DNA from: Acutalibacteraceae bacterium
GTDB taxonomy: Bacteria; Bacillota; Clostridia; Oscillospirales; Acutalibacteraceae
DNA: 32,724 bases
NCBI GenBank assembly: GCA_045537155.1
Contig: JAZSOY010000222.1
Location: 1 to 32,724, forward strand
Direction of reading: 5' to 3'
Below are positions 25,974 to 32,609 of the stretch, piece by piece. Made by a program: the position numbers and the translations under genes. How positions within the stretch are numbered: the first letter of the stretch is position 1; each line of letters starts with the position of its first letter. The notes beneath the pieces are model-generated. The model was not told where the DNA came from. It ran no database searches and worked only from the letters and a program-made list of their open reading frames with translations.

Positions 25974-26017
25974 TAAAAAAATAATGCAGGCGTTGCCTGT
26001 GAAGCGCAACACTTGCA
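25974..26017 (-). terminator. Intrinsic terminator-like hairpin plus U-tract, overlapping the nrdD promoter and leader
   Basis: The minus strand reads UGCAAGUGUUGC (26017-26006), a 9-nt loop, then GCAACGCCUGCA (25996-25985). This gives 11 of 12 pairs including one G-U. UUAUUUUUUU (25984-25975) follows, 18 nt before the nrdD ATG. Confidence 0.5.
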
Positions 26018-26045
26018 TTATAACCGTTATTTTTCAAAAAGTCAA
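26017..26045 (-). promoter_or_regulatory. Sigma-A consensus promoter for nrdD
   Basis: The minus strand reads TTGACT (26045-26040), a 17-nt spacer, then TATAAT (26022-26017). Confidence 0.6.
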
Positions 26046-26055
26046 TATGTTGTTG
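26040..26055 (-). promoter_or_regulatory. Possible second, degenerate NrdR box overlapping the -35
   Basis: CAACAACATATTGACT matches about 11 of 16 positions of the NrdR-box consensus acaCwAtATaTwGtgt. Its centre lies 32 bp from the strong box. Confidence 0.3.
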
Positions 26056-26071
26056 ACAATATTTTAGAAAA

Positions 26072-26087
26072 ACACAATATATAGTGT
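26072..26087. promoter_or_regulatory. NrdR box (repressor operator for ribonucleotide reductase genes)
   Basis: ACACAATATATAGTGT (minus strand ACACTATATATTGTGT) is a 16-bp palindrome. It matches the published NrdR consensus acaCwAtATaTwGtgt at essentially every position, directly after the nrdG stop and upstream of the nrdD promoter. Confidence 0.7.
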
Positions 26088-26798
26088 TCAGTCGACACCG
26101 CGCAAGGCGACCGCTTCGACGAACGGTTGTAACTGTGCACGGTAGGCGGTCATCGCCTCTTTGGAGGGAGCGTGCAAGCCGCTTTGTAGGACACTGTCGC
26201 GGTCGGTATACGATTGCAAAAAGAATCGTGTCGCTTTTTGAGAGGGAGAAAGACGGTGTAGCCACGAGCCGATTTCATCAAACGATGCGGCGTTGTGAAG
26301 TTCGTCCACCACGGTAGTACGCAGTTCATAGTCTACCGGACGCGACAACAAAAACGACAAACTTTCCTCTACGGCGGCTATATCCGGCGTAGGAATCCCA
26401 CACGTGGCGGCATAGTGGGACGGCCCATTTTTGATATCCATCGCTACATAATCCACCACGCCGGCGGCCACCAATTGTTTGAGTACTGCCGGACGGGAAC
26501 CGTTGGTGTCGAGTTTGATAAGAAAACCCAACGCTTTGATGTCCCGCATCAACGCTTCCAGTCCGTGTTGCAGGGTGGGCTCACCGCCGGTGAAGCACAC
26601 CGCGTCCAACAACCCTCGGCGTTTTTGCAAAAACGCCAACAATTCCTCGCACGAGATGCGGTTTTCCGTGGTGTCGGTCAGTAATCCGCTGTTGTGGCAA
26701 AATGGGCAACGGAAATTACACCCCGGCAAAAACACCGTACAGGCGACTTGGCCGGGATAATCCAACAATGTCATTTTTTGCAGTCCCGAAATGTGCAT
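26088..26798 (-). CDS. nrdG: Anaerobic ribonucleotide reductase activating protein (radical SAM)
   Basis: The 236-aa product runs from ATG 26798, with AGGAG upstream. It has the radical-SAM cluster CNFRCPFCHN, preceded by TLLDYPG and followed by GGEPTL. The ORF-track start (26864) overlaps mrp. Confidence 0.93.
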   Translation of the reverse strand: MHISGLQKMTLLDYPGQVACTVFLPGCNFRCPFCHNSGLLTDTTENRISCEELLAFLQKRRGLLDAVCFTGGEPTLQHGLEALMRDIKALGFLIKLDTNGSRPAVLKQLVAAGVVDYVAMDIKNGPSHYAATCGIPTPDIAAVEESLSFLLSRPVDYELRTTVVDELHNAASFDEIGSWLHRLSPSQKATRFFLQSYTDRDSVLQSGLHAPSKEAMTAYRAQLQPFVEAVALRGVD

Positions 26799-26812
26799 AC
26801 GTTCTCCTCTTA

Positions 26813-27637
26813 TTACGACAACAAGGCCTCGACGGCATCCACCGCCGGTGTTATTTCGTCGCAAACCACGCGTTCGATTTCGCCGCTGTCACACAGGCGC
26901 GAGATGTCGGCGTTGATGGGAAGTTTCGCCAGCAGCGGAATCTCCATACGGCGTGCCGTTTCGTCCAAGGCGTTTTCCTCACCAAACAACGGGATACGTT
27001 TTTGGCAATCCGGACATTGCAGATAACTCATATTTTCCACCAGACCGACCACCGGGATATTCAACATATCCGCCATGGTTTTTGCCTTGGCGACTACCAT
27101 CTGTACCAACGATTGCGGTGTGGATACGACTACCGTGGCGTCCACCGGCAACGACTGGTACACGGTTAACGGCACGTCGCCGGTGCCGGGCGGCATATCG
27201 ATGAACAGCACATCCAAATCGCCCCACACCACATCGGTCCAAAATTGCGTTACCGCACCGGCAAGCACGGGACCGCGCCACACAACCGGTTTGGTTTCGT
27301 CTTCTAACAACAAGTTGATAGACATCACCTTGATGCCCATATGCGTTTCGGCCGGCAAAATGCCGATATCCGAGCCTTGTGCTTTTTGTGTCAAGCCAAA
27401 GGCGCGCGGAATCGAAGGGCCGGTAATATCCGCGTCCAACACGCCGACTTTGTAGCCGCGCCGCGCCATCATTACCGCGAGTAGGCTGGTGACCGACGAT
27501 TTACCGACACCGCCCTTGCCGCTGCCGACGGCAACAACCTTTTTAATATGGCTAAACTCATTGCATTTCGCGTGTAAATCTTGGCGTTCGCCGCAATTTT
27601 GCGAGCAAGAACCGCAATCGTGATTACATTCACTCAT
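26813..27637 (-). CDS. Mrp/NBP35/ApbC-family Fe-S cluster carrier ATPase
   Basis: An N-terminal Cys-rich stretch (CNHDCGSCSQNCG) precedes the deviant Walker A (GSGKGGVGKSS), DADITGPS, DMPPGTGD and a CxxC (CPDC) motif. Confidence 0.92.
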   Translation of the reverse strand: MSECNHDCGSCSQNCGERQDLHAKCNEFSHIKKVVAVGSGKGGVGKSSVTSLLAVMMARRGYKVGVLDADITGPSIPRAFGLTQKAQGSDIGILPAETHMGIKVMSINLLLEDETKPVVWRGPVLAGAVTQFWTDVVWGDLDVLFIDMPPGTGDVPLTVYQSLPVDATVVVSTPQSLVQMVVAKAKTMADMLNIPVVGLVENMSYLQCPDCQKRIPLFGEENALDETARRMEIPLLAKLPINADISRLCDSGEIERVVCDEITPAVDAVEALLS

Positions 27638-27707
27638 CCTATTTCCTCCTTATATAAAAGCAACCCAACACGCGCACGATGCGACGTGCGGAAGTGACAT
27701 CAAACGC

Positions 27708-27736
27708 ATTGTACCACTCTGCCGCGGAAAAATCAA
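27708..27736 (-). promoter_or_regulatory. Possible sigma-A promoter (extended -10) for mrp-nrdG
   Basis: The minus strand reads TTGATT (27736-27731), a 17-nt spacer ending in TGG, then TACAAT (27713-27708), ~70 nt upstream of the mrp ATG. Confidence 0.45.
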
Positions 27737-27859
27737 GACCGGTGTCCGCGGACAAATTCGTTCTTTTTTGTCAAAAATGGGTGAAATTCCCCCGAAAACC
27801 AAGGAAAGGTTTACGCGTTTTGAGAGATTGAGGACATACTAACAAGGGAGGCGAAAGCG

Positions 27860-28420
27860 GTGTACAAAACAATTAAACGAGGAGCCGACGTCTTCTTATC
27901 ATTGTTTCTGTTGATTTTGTTTGCGCCGTTGATGGCGGCAGTGGCGTGGTTGATTCGATTGGATTCCGAGGGAAATAGCCTATTCACACAGTGGCGCACC
28001 GGTCGCGACGGCCGACCGTTTATCATTTATAAATTTCGCACGATGCGGGATGATGCGCCGCACGACCTCGCCGCCGCCGTGATGAACGAGTCCAGTAAAT
28101 ATGTCACCCGATTGGGACGGTTTTTGCGACGGAGCAGTGTCGACGAATTGCCGCAACTGTTCAATGTTTTGAAAGGGGATATGAGTTTTGTCGGACCGCG
28201 GCCGGTGGTGCTGACGGAACGCGATTTGATTGCGTTGCGCCGTCAAAACGGTGCTGACCGTGTGCGACCGGGAATTACGGGCTTGGCGCAGGTGATTGAC
28301 CGCACCATGTACGCACCACAGAAAAAAGCGTTTTACGATGCTTGGTATGCTGACAACTTTTCGTTTCGCGTGGATATACAACTCATCCTGTTAACCGCAC
28401 GCCGATTTTGGAAACGGTAA
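27860..28420 (+). CDS. Small (PglC-like) bacterial sugar transferase / phosphoglycosyl transferase
   Basis: The 186-aa product has an N-terminal reentrant helix (VFLSLFLLILFAPLMAAVAWLIRL), KFRTM, the catalytic VDELPQL and SFVGPRP motifs. It starts at GTG, with AAGGGAGG upstream. Confidence 0.9.
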   Translation: MYKTIKRGADVFLSLFLLILFAPLMAAVAWLIRLDSEGNSLFTQWRTGRDGRPFIIYKFRTMRDDAPHDLAAAVMNESSKYVTRLGRFLRRSSVDELPQLFNVLKGDMSFVGPRPVVLTERDLIALRRQNGADRVRPGITGLAQVIDRTMYAPQKKAFYDAWYADNFSFRVDIQLILLTARRFWKR

Positions 28421-28479
28421 CGCTCTGCCGATTGTATCATACTATGAAAAGGAAATACATTGCGAGTGGAGGAATGGCG

Positions 28480-29577
28480 ATGGCAACGTTTCAAGCACCG
28501 GTCCGGTTTTTTCTGGGGGCAAATACCGCCAAAGGGTTTGTCGGGTTTTGCAATGAGTTGTATGACGCCTACGACGGGTGGCAGGCGTATCTGATTAAAA
28601 GCGGTGCCGGCACCGGTAAATCGTCGTTGATGCGAAAGATATATGAGAAGATGGTGGAGCGCGGGGTGGATGTGGAGGTGCTCTGTTGCTCGTCTGACCC
28701 CTCGTCGTTGGACGGCGTGGTGGTACCGTCACTGAAATTGTGCATTCTGGATGCCACTGCGCCACACGTCGTAGAACCTCAATTTTGGGGAGCGGTCGAG
28801 CAAATTGTTCCGCTGTCTGTTTGTTTGGATGAGCAGGCGTTGCAGCGGCAGGCGGCAGACATTATCGTGGTCACCGAGCGCAATCGGGAGTTACATCGGC
28901 AATGTTGCAAATACATACACGCGGCCGGTGCGTTGTTACGGGAGAACCGCCGTATCGGCGAAGCGGCCATAGACACCGACAAAATTCATCGCCTGGCGGC
29001 GCGTCTGGCTCGACAAGAGTTCGGAACACAAACCGGCAACGGACGGCTGACTCATCGGTTTCTCAGCGCGGTCACGCCCGAGGGGCCACTGGTATTTCAC
29101 GAAACCTTACACGCTTTGTGCCCGCGCATCTATACGGTGGAAGACGAGCAGGGGGCAGCGGCGCGGGTGTTGCTGACGGCGATGGCGCACCACGCACAAC
29201 AAGCCGGTGTGGACGGCATCGTTTGTCCTTGTCCTTTGGCGCCCGATGCCGGACCGGAGCACTTACTGTTTCCCTCGCTGGGCGTGTGTTTTACGACGTC
29301 GAATGCGTTTCACAAAGCCGATTATCCGGTGTACCGTCGTATTCATGCTACGCGTTTTTCCGATGCGGATGTGTTGCGTGATAAGCGTCAGCGGCAATCG
29401 TTCAATCGGCGTGCAGCGCGGGATTTGTTGGAACAGGCACGCACACTGGCGGCGGAAGCCAAGGTGGTACACGACGCGATGGAAGCCTATAACATCGCCG
29501 CCATGGATTGGGAGCGCGCTCACGAACTCGGCGAGGCGGTCATTCACCGCTTTCTGTCTGCCGCCGACAGCCGATAA
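28480..29577 (+). CDS. Uncharacterised P-loop NTPase
   Basis: Walker A (KSGAGTGKSSL) and a Walker B-like motif (LCILDAT) are present. I cannot place the rest in a named family. ATG 28480 (MATFQAP...) has GGAGG 7 nt upstream. The ORF-track start (28408) overlaps the transferase gene. Confidence 0.65.
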   Translation: MATFQAPVRFFLGANTAKGFVGFCNELYDAYDGWQAYLIKSGAGTGKSSLMRKIYEKMVERGVDVEVLCCSSDPSSLDGVVVPSLKLCILDATAPHVVEPQFWGAVEQIVPLSVCLDEQALQRQAADIIVVTERNRELHRQCCKYIHAAGALLRENRRIGEAAIDTDKIHRLAARLARQEFGTQTGNGRLTHRFLSAVTPEGPLVFHETLHALCPRIYTVEDEQGAAARVLLTAMAHHAQQAGVDGIVCPCPLAPDAGPEHLLFPSLGVCFTTSNAFHKADYPVYRRIHATRFSDADVLRDKRQRQSFNRRAARDLLEQARTLAAEAKVVHDAMEAYNIAAMDWERAHELGEAVIHRFLSAADSR

Positions 29578-29641
29578 CGGCTTTCTACTGCCGCGAGAAA
29601 CCCATCCTCCACTCTCGGGAGAGGTCGATGGTGCCTGTAGA

Positions 29642-29671
29642 TTGACTCTCCGGCTGCCGGCTGGGTATACT
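29642..29671 (+). promoter_or_regulatory. Possible sigma-A promoter for the hemolysin III gene
   Basis: TTGACT (29642-29647), an 18-nt spacer, then TATACT (29666-29671). SD AAAGGAG lies at 29682-29688. Confidence 0.45.
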
Positions 29672-29696
29672 ATGGGAAACGAAAGGAGCGTTTTCC

Positions 29697-30368
29697 ATGA
29701 CAAGAACACGATTGCGCGACCGGTTGTTACCGGAGTATACGCGCGGTGAAGAATGGTTTCATACGATTTCCCACATTGTCGGTGGCGGCATCGGCATCGC
29801 GACGTTGGTGTTGTGCGTGATAGCAGCGGCACGAAAAGCCGATGGGTACGGCGTGGTGAGCAGTGCTATTTACGGAACGTCGTTAATTGCCCTATACACG
29901 ATGTCCAGTGTCTACCACGGCTTGCGTCATCCGGTTGCCAAGCGCGTGTTACAAGTCCTAGACCACTGTACCATTTATTTTTTAATTGCCGGAACATACA
30001 CCCCCATTGTCCTATGCGCCATTCGTCGCGTATCACCGGTGTGGGCGTGGGTGTTGTTCGGATTGGTATGGGGACTGACGGCGTTGGCAACGGTTTTCAC
30101 GGCCATCGATTTGAAGAAATATGCCGTGTTTTCCATGTGTTGCTACATCGGGATGGGATGGTGCATTGTGTTGGCGGCGAAAACCGCCATACAGGCGATT
30201 CCGTCGACGGGATTGTGGTTGTTGCTCAGCGGCGGTATTGCTTACACCGTCGGCGCCGTCTTGTATAGTTTGGGGAAGAAACGACGGTATATGCATGCGC
30301 TGTTTCACCTCTTGGTAGTACTCGGCAGTGTGTTGCACGCGCTGTGTATTTTGTTTTTTGTCATTTGA
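29697..30368 (+). CDS. Hemolysin III / PAQR family membrane protein
   Basis: The 223-aa product has 7 TM segments and the family motifs E..N..SH..G, YHG, LDH..I...IAGTYTP and HL.V..G. Confidence 0.92.
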   Translation: MTRTRLRDRLLPEYTRGEEWFHTISHIVGGGIGIATLVLCVIAAARKADGYGVVSSAIYGTSLIALYTMSSVYHGLRHPVAKRVLQVLDHCTIYFLIAGTYTPIVLCAIRRVSPVWAWVLFGLVWGLTALATVFTAIDLKKYAVFSMCCYIGMGWCIVLAAKTAIQAIPSTGLWLLLSGGIAYTVGAVLYSLGKKRRYMHALFHLLVVLGSVLHALCILFFVI

Positions 30369-30376
30369 TGATTGCC

Positions 30377-30414
30377 GTTTGAGGGCGTTCTCGGAACGCC
30401 CTCAAACATTTTTT
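30377..30414 (+). terminator. Intrinsic terminator after the hemolysin III gene
   Basis: A 14-bp stem (GTTTGAGGGCGTTC 30377-30390 with GAACGCCCTCAAAC 30394-30407) is followed by ATTTTTT. Confidence 0.85.
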
Positions 30415-30424
30415 ACAGCAGCAC

Positions 30425-30453
30425 TTGACAAAAAAGAAAACGCGGTGTATACT
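30425..30453 (+). promoter_or_regulatory. Sigma-A consensus promoter for the sdpR/sdpI-like operon
   Basis: TTGACA (30425-30430), a 17-nt spacer, then TATACT (30448-30453). An A/T-rich region with repeats lies between the -10 and the SD (see findings). Confidence 0.6.
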
Positions 30454-30493
30454 ACAATTAACAATTAGGTTAAATGTTAAAGGAGGGTGCGTT

Positions 30494-30769
30494 GTGGGAT
30501 TGCAGCAAACACTCAAAGCGCTTGCCGACCCCATTCGGCGAGAAATACTGAATTTGCTCAAGTCGGGCCGGTTGTCGGCAGGGGAGATTACCGAACATTT
30601 TCCGGTCACTGCCGCCTCGATTTCGCGGCATTTATCGGTTCTCAAAGACGCCGACTTGATATGGGACACGCGCGAGGGGAAGTTCATCTTCTATGAAATC
30701 AACACTTCGGTATTGGAGGAAACGCTGTTGTGGATTGCCGATTTGAAAGGAGAGGTCAACCGTGATTAA
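30494..30769 (+). CDS. ArsR-family transcriptional repressor, SdpR-like
   Basis: The 91-aa product runs from GTG 30494, with AAAGGAGGG 7 nt upstream. It has the wHTH pattern LKALADPIRREILNLL....LSAGEI......A.SISRHLSVLKDADLI. It overlaps the downstream gene by 8 nt. Confidence 0.88.
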   Translation: MGLQQTLKALADPIRREILNLLKSGRLSAGEITEHFPVTAASISRHLSVLKDADLIWDTREGKFIFYEINTSVLEETLLWIADLKGEVNRD

Positions 30770-31847
30770 AAACAACAAATGGAAAGTCGTGCTATCGTCT
30801 GTCATCGTGTTGTTGCCGATGCTGGCAGGCATACTATGGTGGGATTTGTTACCGAACAGGATGTCCATACACTGGGGGCCGGATGGTGTCAACGATGGGG
30901 TAGGAACCAAAGGGTTCGTGGTGTTTGCGCTACCGTTGATTTTCTTGGGGTTACATTTTCTTTGTTTGCTGGTTACGGCACGGGACAAAAAGCAACAAAC
31001 GCAACCCCCCAAGGCGCTGAGCATCGTGTTTTGGATTATTCCGTGTGTATCTTTGTTGGGAAACGGCGTCGTGTATGCCGCGGCGTTCGGAAAGACGTTT
31101 CGATTTGAATTGTTTGTCCCGGCGTTGTTCGGGTTGATGTTTATGGTGATAGGCAACTATCTCCCGAAAATCAAACAAAACCGAACGCTCGGCATCAAGA
31201 TTTCGTGGACGCTGCACAATGAGGAAAACTGGAATAAAACGCACCGATTCGGCGGCAAAGTCTGGGTAGTCGGTGGATTGGTTCTGTTGTTTTCCGTCTT
31301 TTTGCCGGAAGACGCTATCCTTTTCGTGACGGTTTTCGTCTTTTTGGGGATGATGATTTTGCCGGTGGGGTATTCTTATCGCCTATATCGACAACACCGC
31401 AAAGCGGGAATTGTCTATGTGGCGGCCGCCAGAAGTAAAACGGAAACCATTATGCTCCGAATCGGTGCAGTGGTCGTGCCGCTGCTGTTGATGGGTATAG
31501 CGGTGGTGATGTTTACCGGTAACGTTCGCGCGCAGTGTGGGGACACATCGTTGACGATACAAGCGACCTATTGGGACGACGTGGAGATACCGTATACCGA
31601 TATCGTTAGTGTGGAATACCGCGAAGAATGTGACGCCGGCACGCGCACCAACGGATTCGGTTCGCCGCGGTTATCGTTGGGGATATTCCAAAACGACGAG
31701 TTCGGGTTGTACACACGGTATGCGTATACCGGTACACGCGCCTGTGTGGTGTTATCCAACGGTGACGACGTGTTGGTGGTCGGCGGCAAAGACGAGGTCG
31801 CCACCAAGGCATTGTACAACTCGCTCTTGAAGCACGTCGGCGGATAA
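30762..31847 (+). CDS. SdpI-family immunity/signalling membrane protein with N-terminal DUF1648-like region and C-terminal PH-like soluble domain
   Basis: It starts at GTG. The product has LP.RM.IHWG..G (DUF1648-like), the SdpI core (GNYLPKIKQNRTLGIKISWTL.NEENW.KTHRFGGK) and multiple TM helices. A ~110-aa soluble tail (LTIQATYWDDVEIPYTDIVSVEY...) resembles bacterial PH domains. Confidence 0.82.
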   Translation: MIKNNKWKVVLSSVIVLLPMLAGILWWDLLPNRMSIHWGPDGVNDGVGTKGFVVFALPLIFLGLHFLCLLVTARDKKQQTQPPKALSIVFWIIPCVSLLGNGVVYAAAFGKTFRFELFVPALFGLMFMVIGNYLPKIKQNRTLGIKISWTLHNEENWNKTHRFGGKVWVVGGLVLLFSVFLPEDAILFVTVFVFLGMMILPVGYSYRLYRQHRKAGIVYVAAARSKTETIMLRIGAVVVPLLLMGIAVVMFTGNVRAQCGDTSLTIQATYWDDVEIPYTDIVSVEYREECDAGTRTNGFGSPRLSLGIFQNDEFGLYTRYAYTGTRACVVLSNGDDVLVVGGKDEVATKALYNSLLKHVGG

Positions 31848-31848
31848 T

Positions 31849-31870
31849 AAAAAAACCACCTTGACGGTGG
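31849..31870 (-). terminator. Small terminator hairpin oriented for the minus strand
   Basis: The minus strand reads CCACC GTCAA GGTGG, followed by TTTTTTT (31855-31849). It is the second of two tandem minus-strand terminators. Confidence 0.45.
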
Positions 31871-31881
31871 TGACAGCCGTA

Positions 31882-31947
31882 TAAAAAAAGAAGTAGCTCT
31901 CGGTCGGTGTTTCTTTACACACCTCATACTGACCGAGAGCTACTTCT
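31882..31947 (-). terminator. Large perfect 17-bp hairpin plus T7, oriented for the minus strand
   Basis: AGAAGTAGCTCTCGGTC (31889-31905) pairs with GACCGAGAGCTACTTCT (31931-31947). The 25-nt loop contains a GGTGT/ACACC sub-hairpin. On the minus strand the stem is followed by TTTTTTT (31888-31882). On the plus strand there is no T-run. Confidence 0.7.
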
Positions 31948-32222
31948 GTTCGCTCTTAATATCTAACATCGATTGGGATACCTCTCTTTCGTTAGGATGG
32001 CCTTCGTTTGTCTGCCGTCTTCCGCTGCCATCGTTTTTTGTCTTGTCCCGTAAAGCGAGTTCTTTGTGACGCTCAGAATCGCAGCCCGAAGGCGATGGGC
32101 AATCTCGTCTACCGCAACGGCAGTTTTTTCTTTACTCCCTTGTTATATTTCGTTTGTGCGAAGCCGGTATCGGTTGACGAGAGTTTTACCTGTACATCGG
32201 TCTCACCCTTTCCTCTTTGCAT
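31882..32222 (-). ncRNA. Candidate ~340-nt non-coding (or micro-ORF) transcript, unclassified
   Basis: It is bounded by an extended -10 promoter (32227-32255) and the double terminator (31849-31947). There is no ORF of 60 aa or more on this strand. I could not match it to RNase P, tmRNA, SRP, 6S or any riboswitch class by eye. Confidence 0.3.
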
Positions 32223-32226
32223 CTTT

Positions 32227-32255
32227 ACTATACCACAGTTTCGGCGTGAAAACAA
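32227..32255 (-). promoter_or_regulatory. Sigma-A-type promoter with extended -10, minus strand
   Basis: The minus strand reads TTGTTT (32255-32250), a 17-nt spacer ending in TGG, then TATAGT (32232-32227). Confidence 0.5.
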
Positions 32256-32330
32256 GATGGCAAGATGACCAAAGATAACGGTGCGTACTTGTGCAAACGG
32301 CAGAATTTTACGGCGAACGTCTGAAATTTG

Positions 32331-32359
32331 TTGACTTTACCGGCCGGAGCGGGTATAAT
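32331..32359 (+). promoter_or_regulatory. Near-consensus sigma-A promoter, plus strand
   Basis: TTGACT (32331-32336), an exact 17-nt spacer, then TATAAT (32354-32359). No protein gene follows within the window. Confidence 0.7.
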
Positions 32360-32387
32360 AAATATGTTGTGTTCCACCGATTCGACA

Positions 32388-32423
32388 CGCTCTGCCGCTT
32401 GGTAGGGCGTTTTTTTGTTTTTT
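32388..32423 (+). terminator. Strong intrinsic terminator ~30 nt downstream of the promoter
   Basis: CGCUCUGCC (32388-32396) pairs with GGUAGGGCG (32401-32409) for 9 bp, including two G-U pairs, with a GCUU loop. U7-G-U6 follows. Confidence 0.75.
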
Positions 32424-32424
32424 G

Positions 32425-32542
32425 TTTGGTGGACCCGAAGGGTGATGGTACAGCGAATCGGCAGGTACTCGTCTGCCGGTTTCGGTACAGCGTGGCAGGG
32501 CGGTGCAATCCCACGGCCTAAAAACAGTCCACCGGACTGTTT
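32425..32542 (+). repeat. 118-nt structured repeat unit, copy 1 (candidate cis-regulatory or small RNA, unclassified)
   Basis: It is identical to 32607-32724 except at one position (32473 C versus 32655 T). It contains a 9-bp hairpin, an internal duplication, and a 5'/3' closing helix that competes with a terminal hairpin (details in findings). Confidence 0.6.
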
Positions 32543-32575
32543 CCTTTACGGCCTTTCGCTCCCCTTCGGGCAAAC

Positions 32576-32609
32576 AAAAAAGCCACCCTGTTGGGTGGCT
32601 TTATTATTT
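32576..32609. terminator. Intrinsic terminator hairpin between the two repeat copies
   Basis: AGCCACCC (32581-32588) pairs with GGGTGGCT (32593-32600), with a TGTT loop. A6 lies upstream and TTATTATTT downstream, so it is usable in either direction. Confidence 0.65.

Noticed and set aside
25957-26265. The N-terminal 103-codon extension of the nrdD ORF (the track gives 898 aa).
   Set aside because: The extension crosses the promoter, the NrdR box and the 3' end of nrdG. The ATP-cone N-terminus MYQVLKRDG, with an SD, begins at 25956.
27721-27770. A 7-bp hairpin (CCGCGGA...TCCGCGG) followed some distance later by TCTTTTTT, considered as a terminator.
   Set aside because: The T-run is separated from the stem by ~12 nt. 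The element lies in a divergent promoter region with no upstream gene to terminate, and the minus-strand -35 overlaps it. It is probably fortuitous, or at most an operator.
29207-29832. A 180-aa plus-strand ORF and a 189-aa minus-strand ORF spanning the NTPase 3' end and the following spacer.
   Set aside because: They are out of frame with, or antisense to, the P-loop NTPase and hemolysin III genes. They show no motif and no start context.
32008-32278. Plus-strand ORFs of 86 and 70 aa in the RNA-rich region.
   Set aside because: They have no SD and no promoter in that orientation. Their Cys/Phe/Arg-rich composition is implausible. They lie antisense to a unit that has a minus-strand promoter and terminators.
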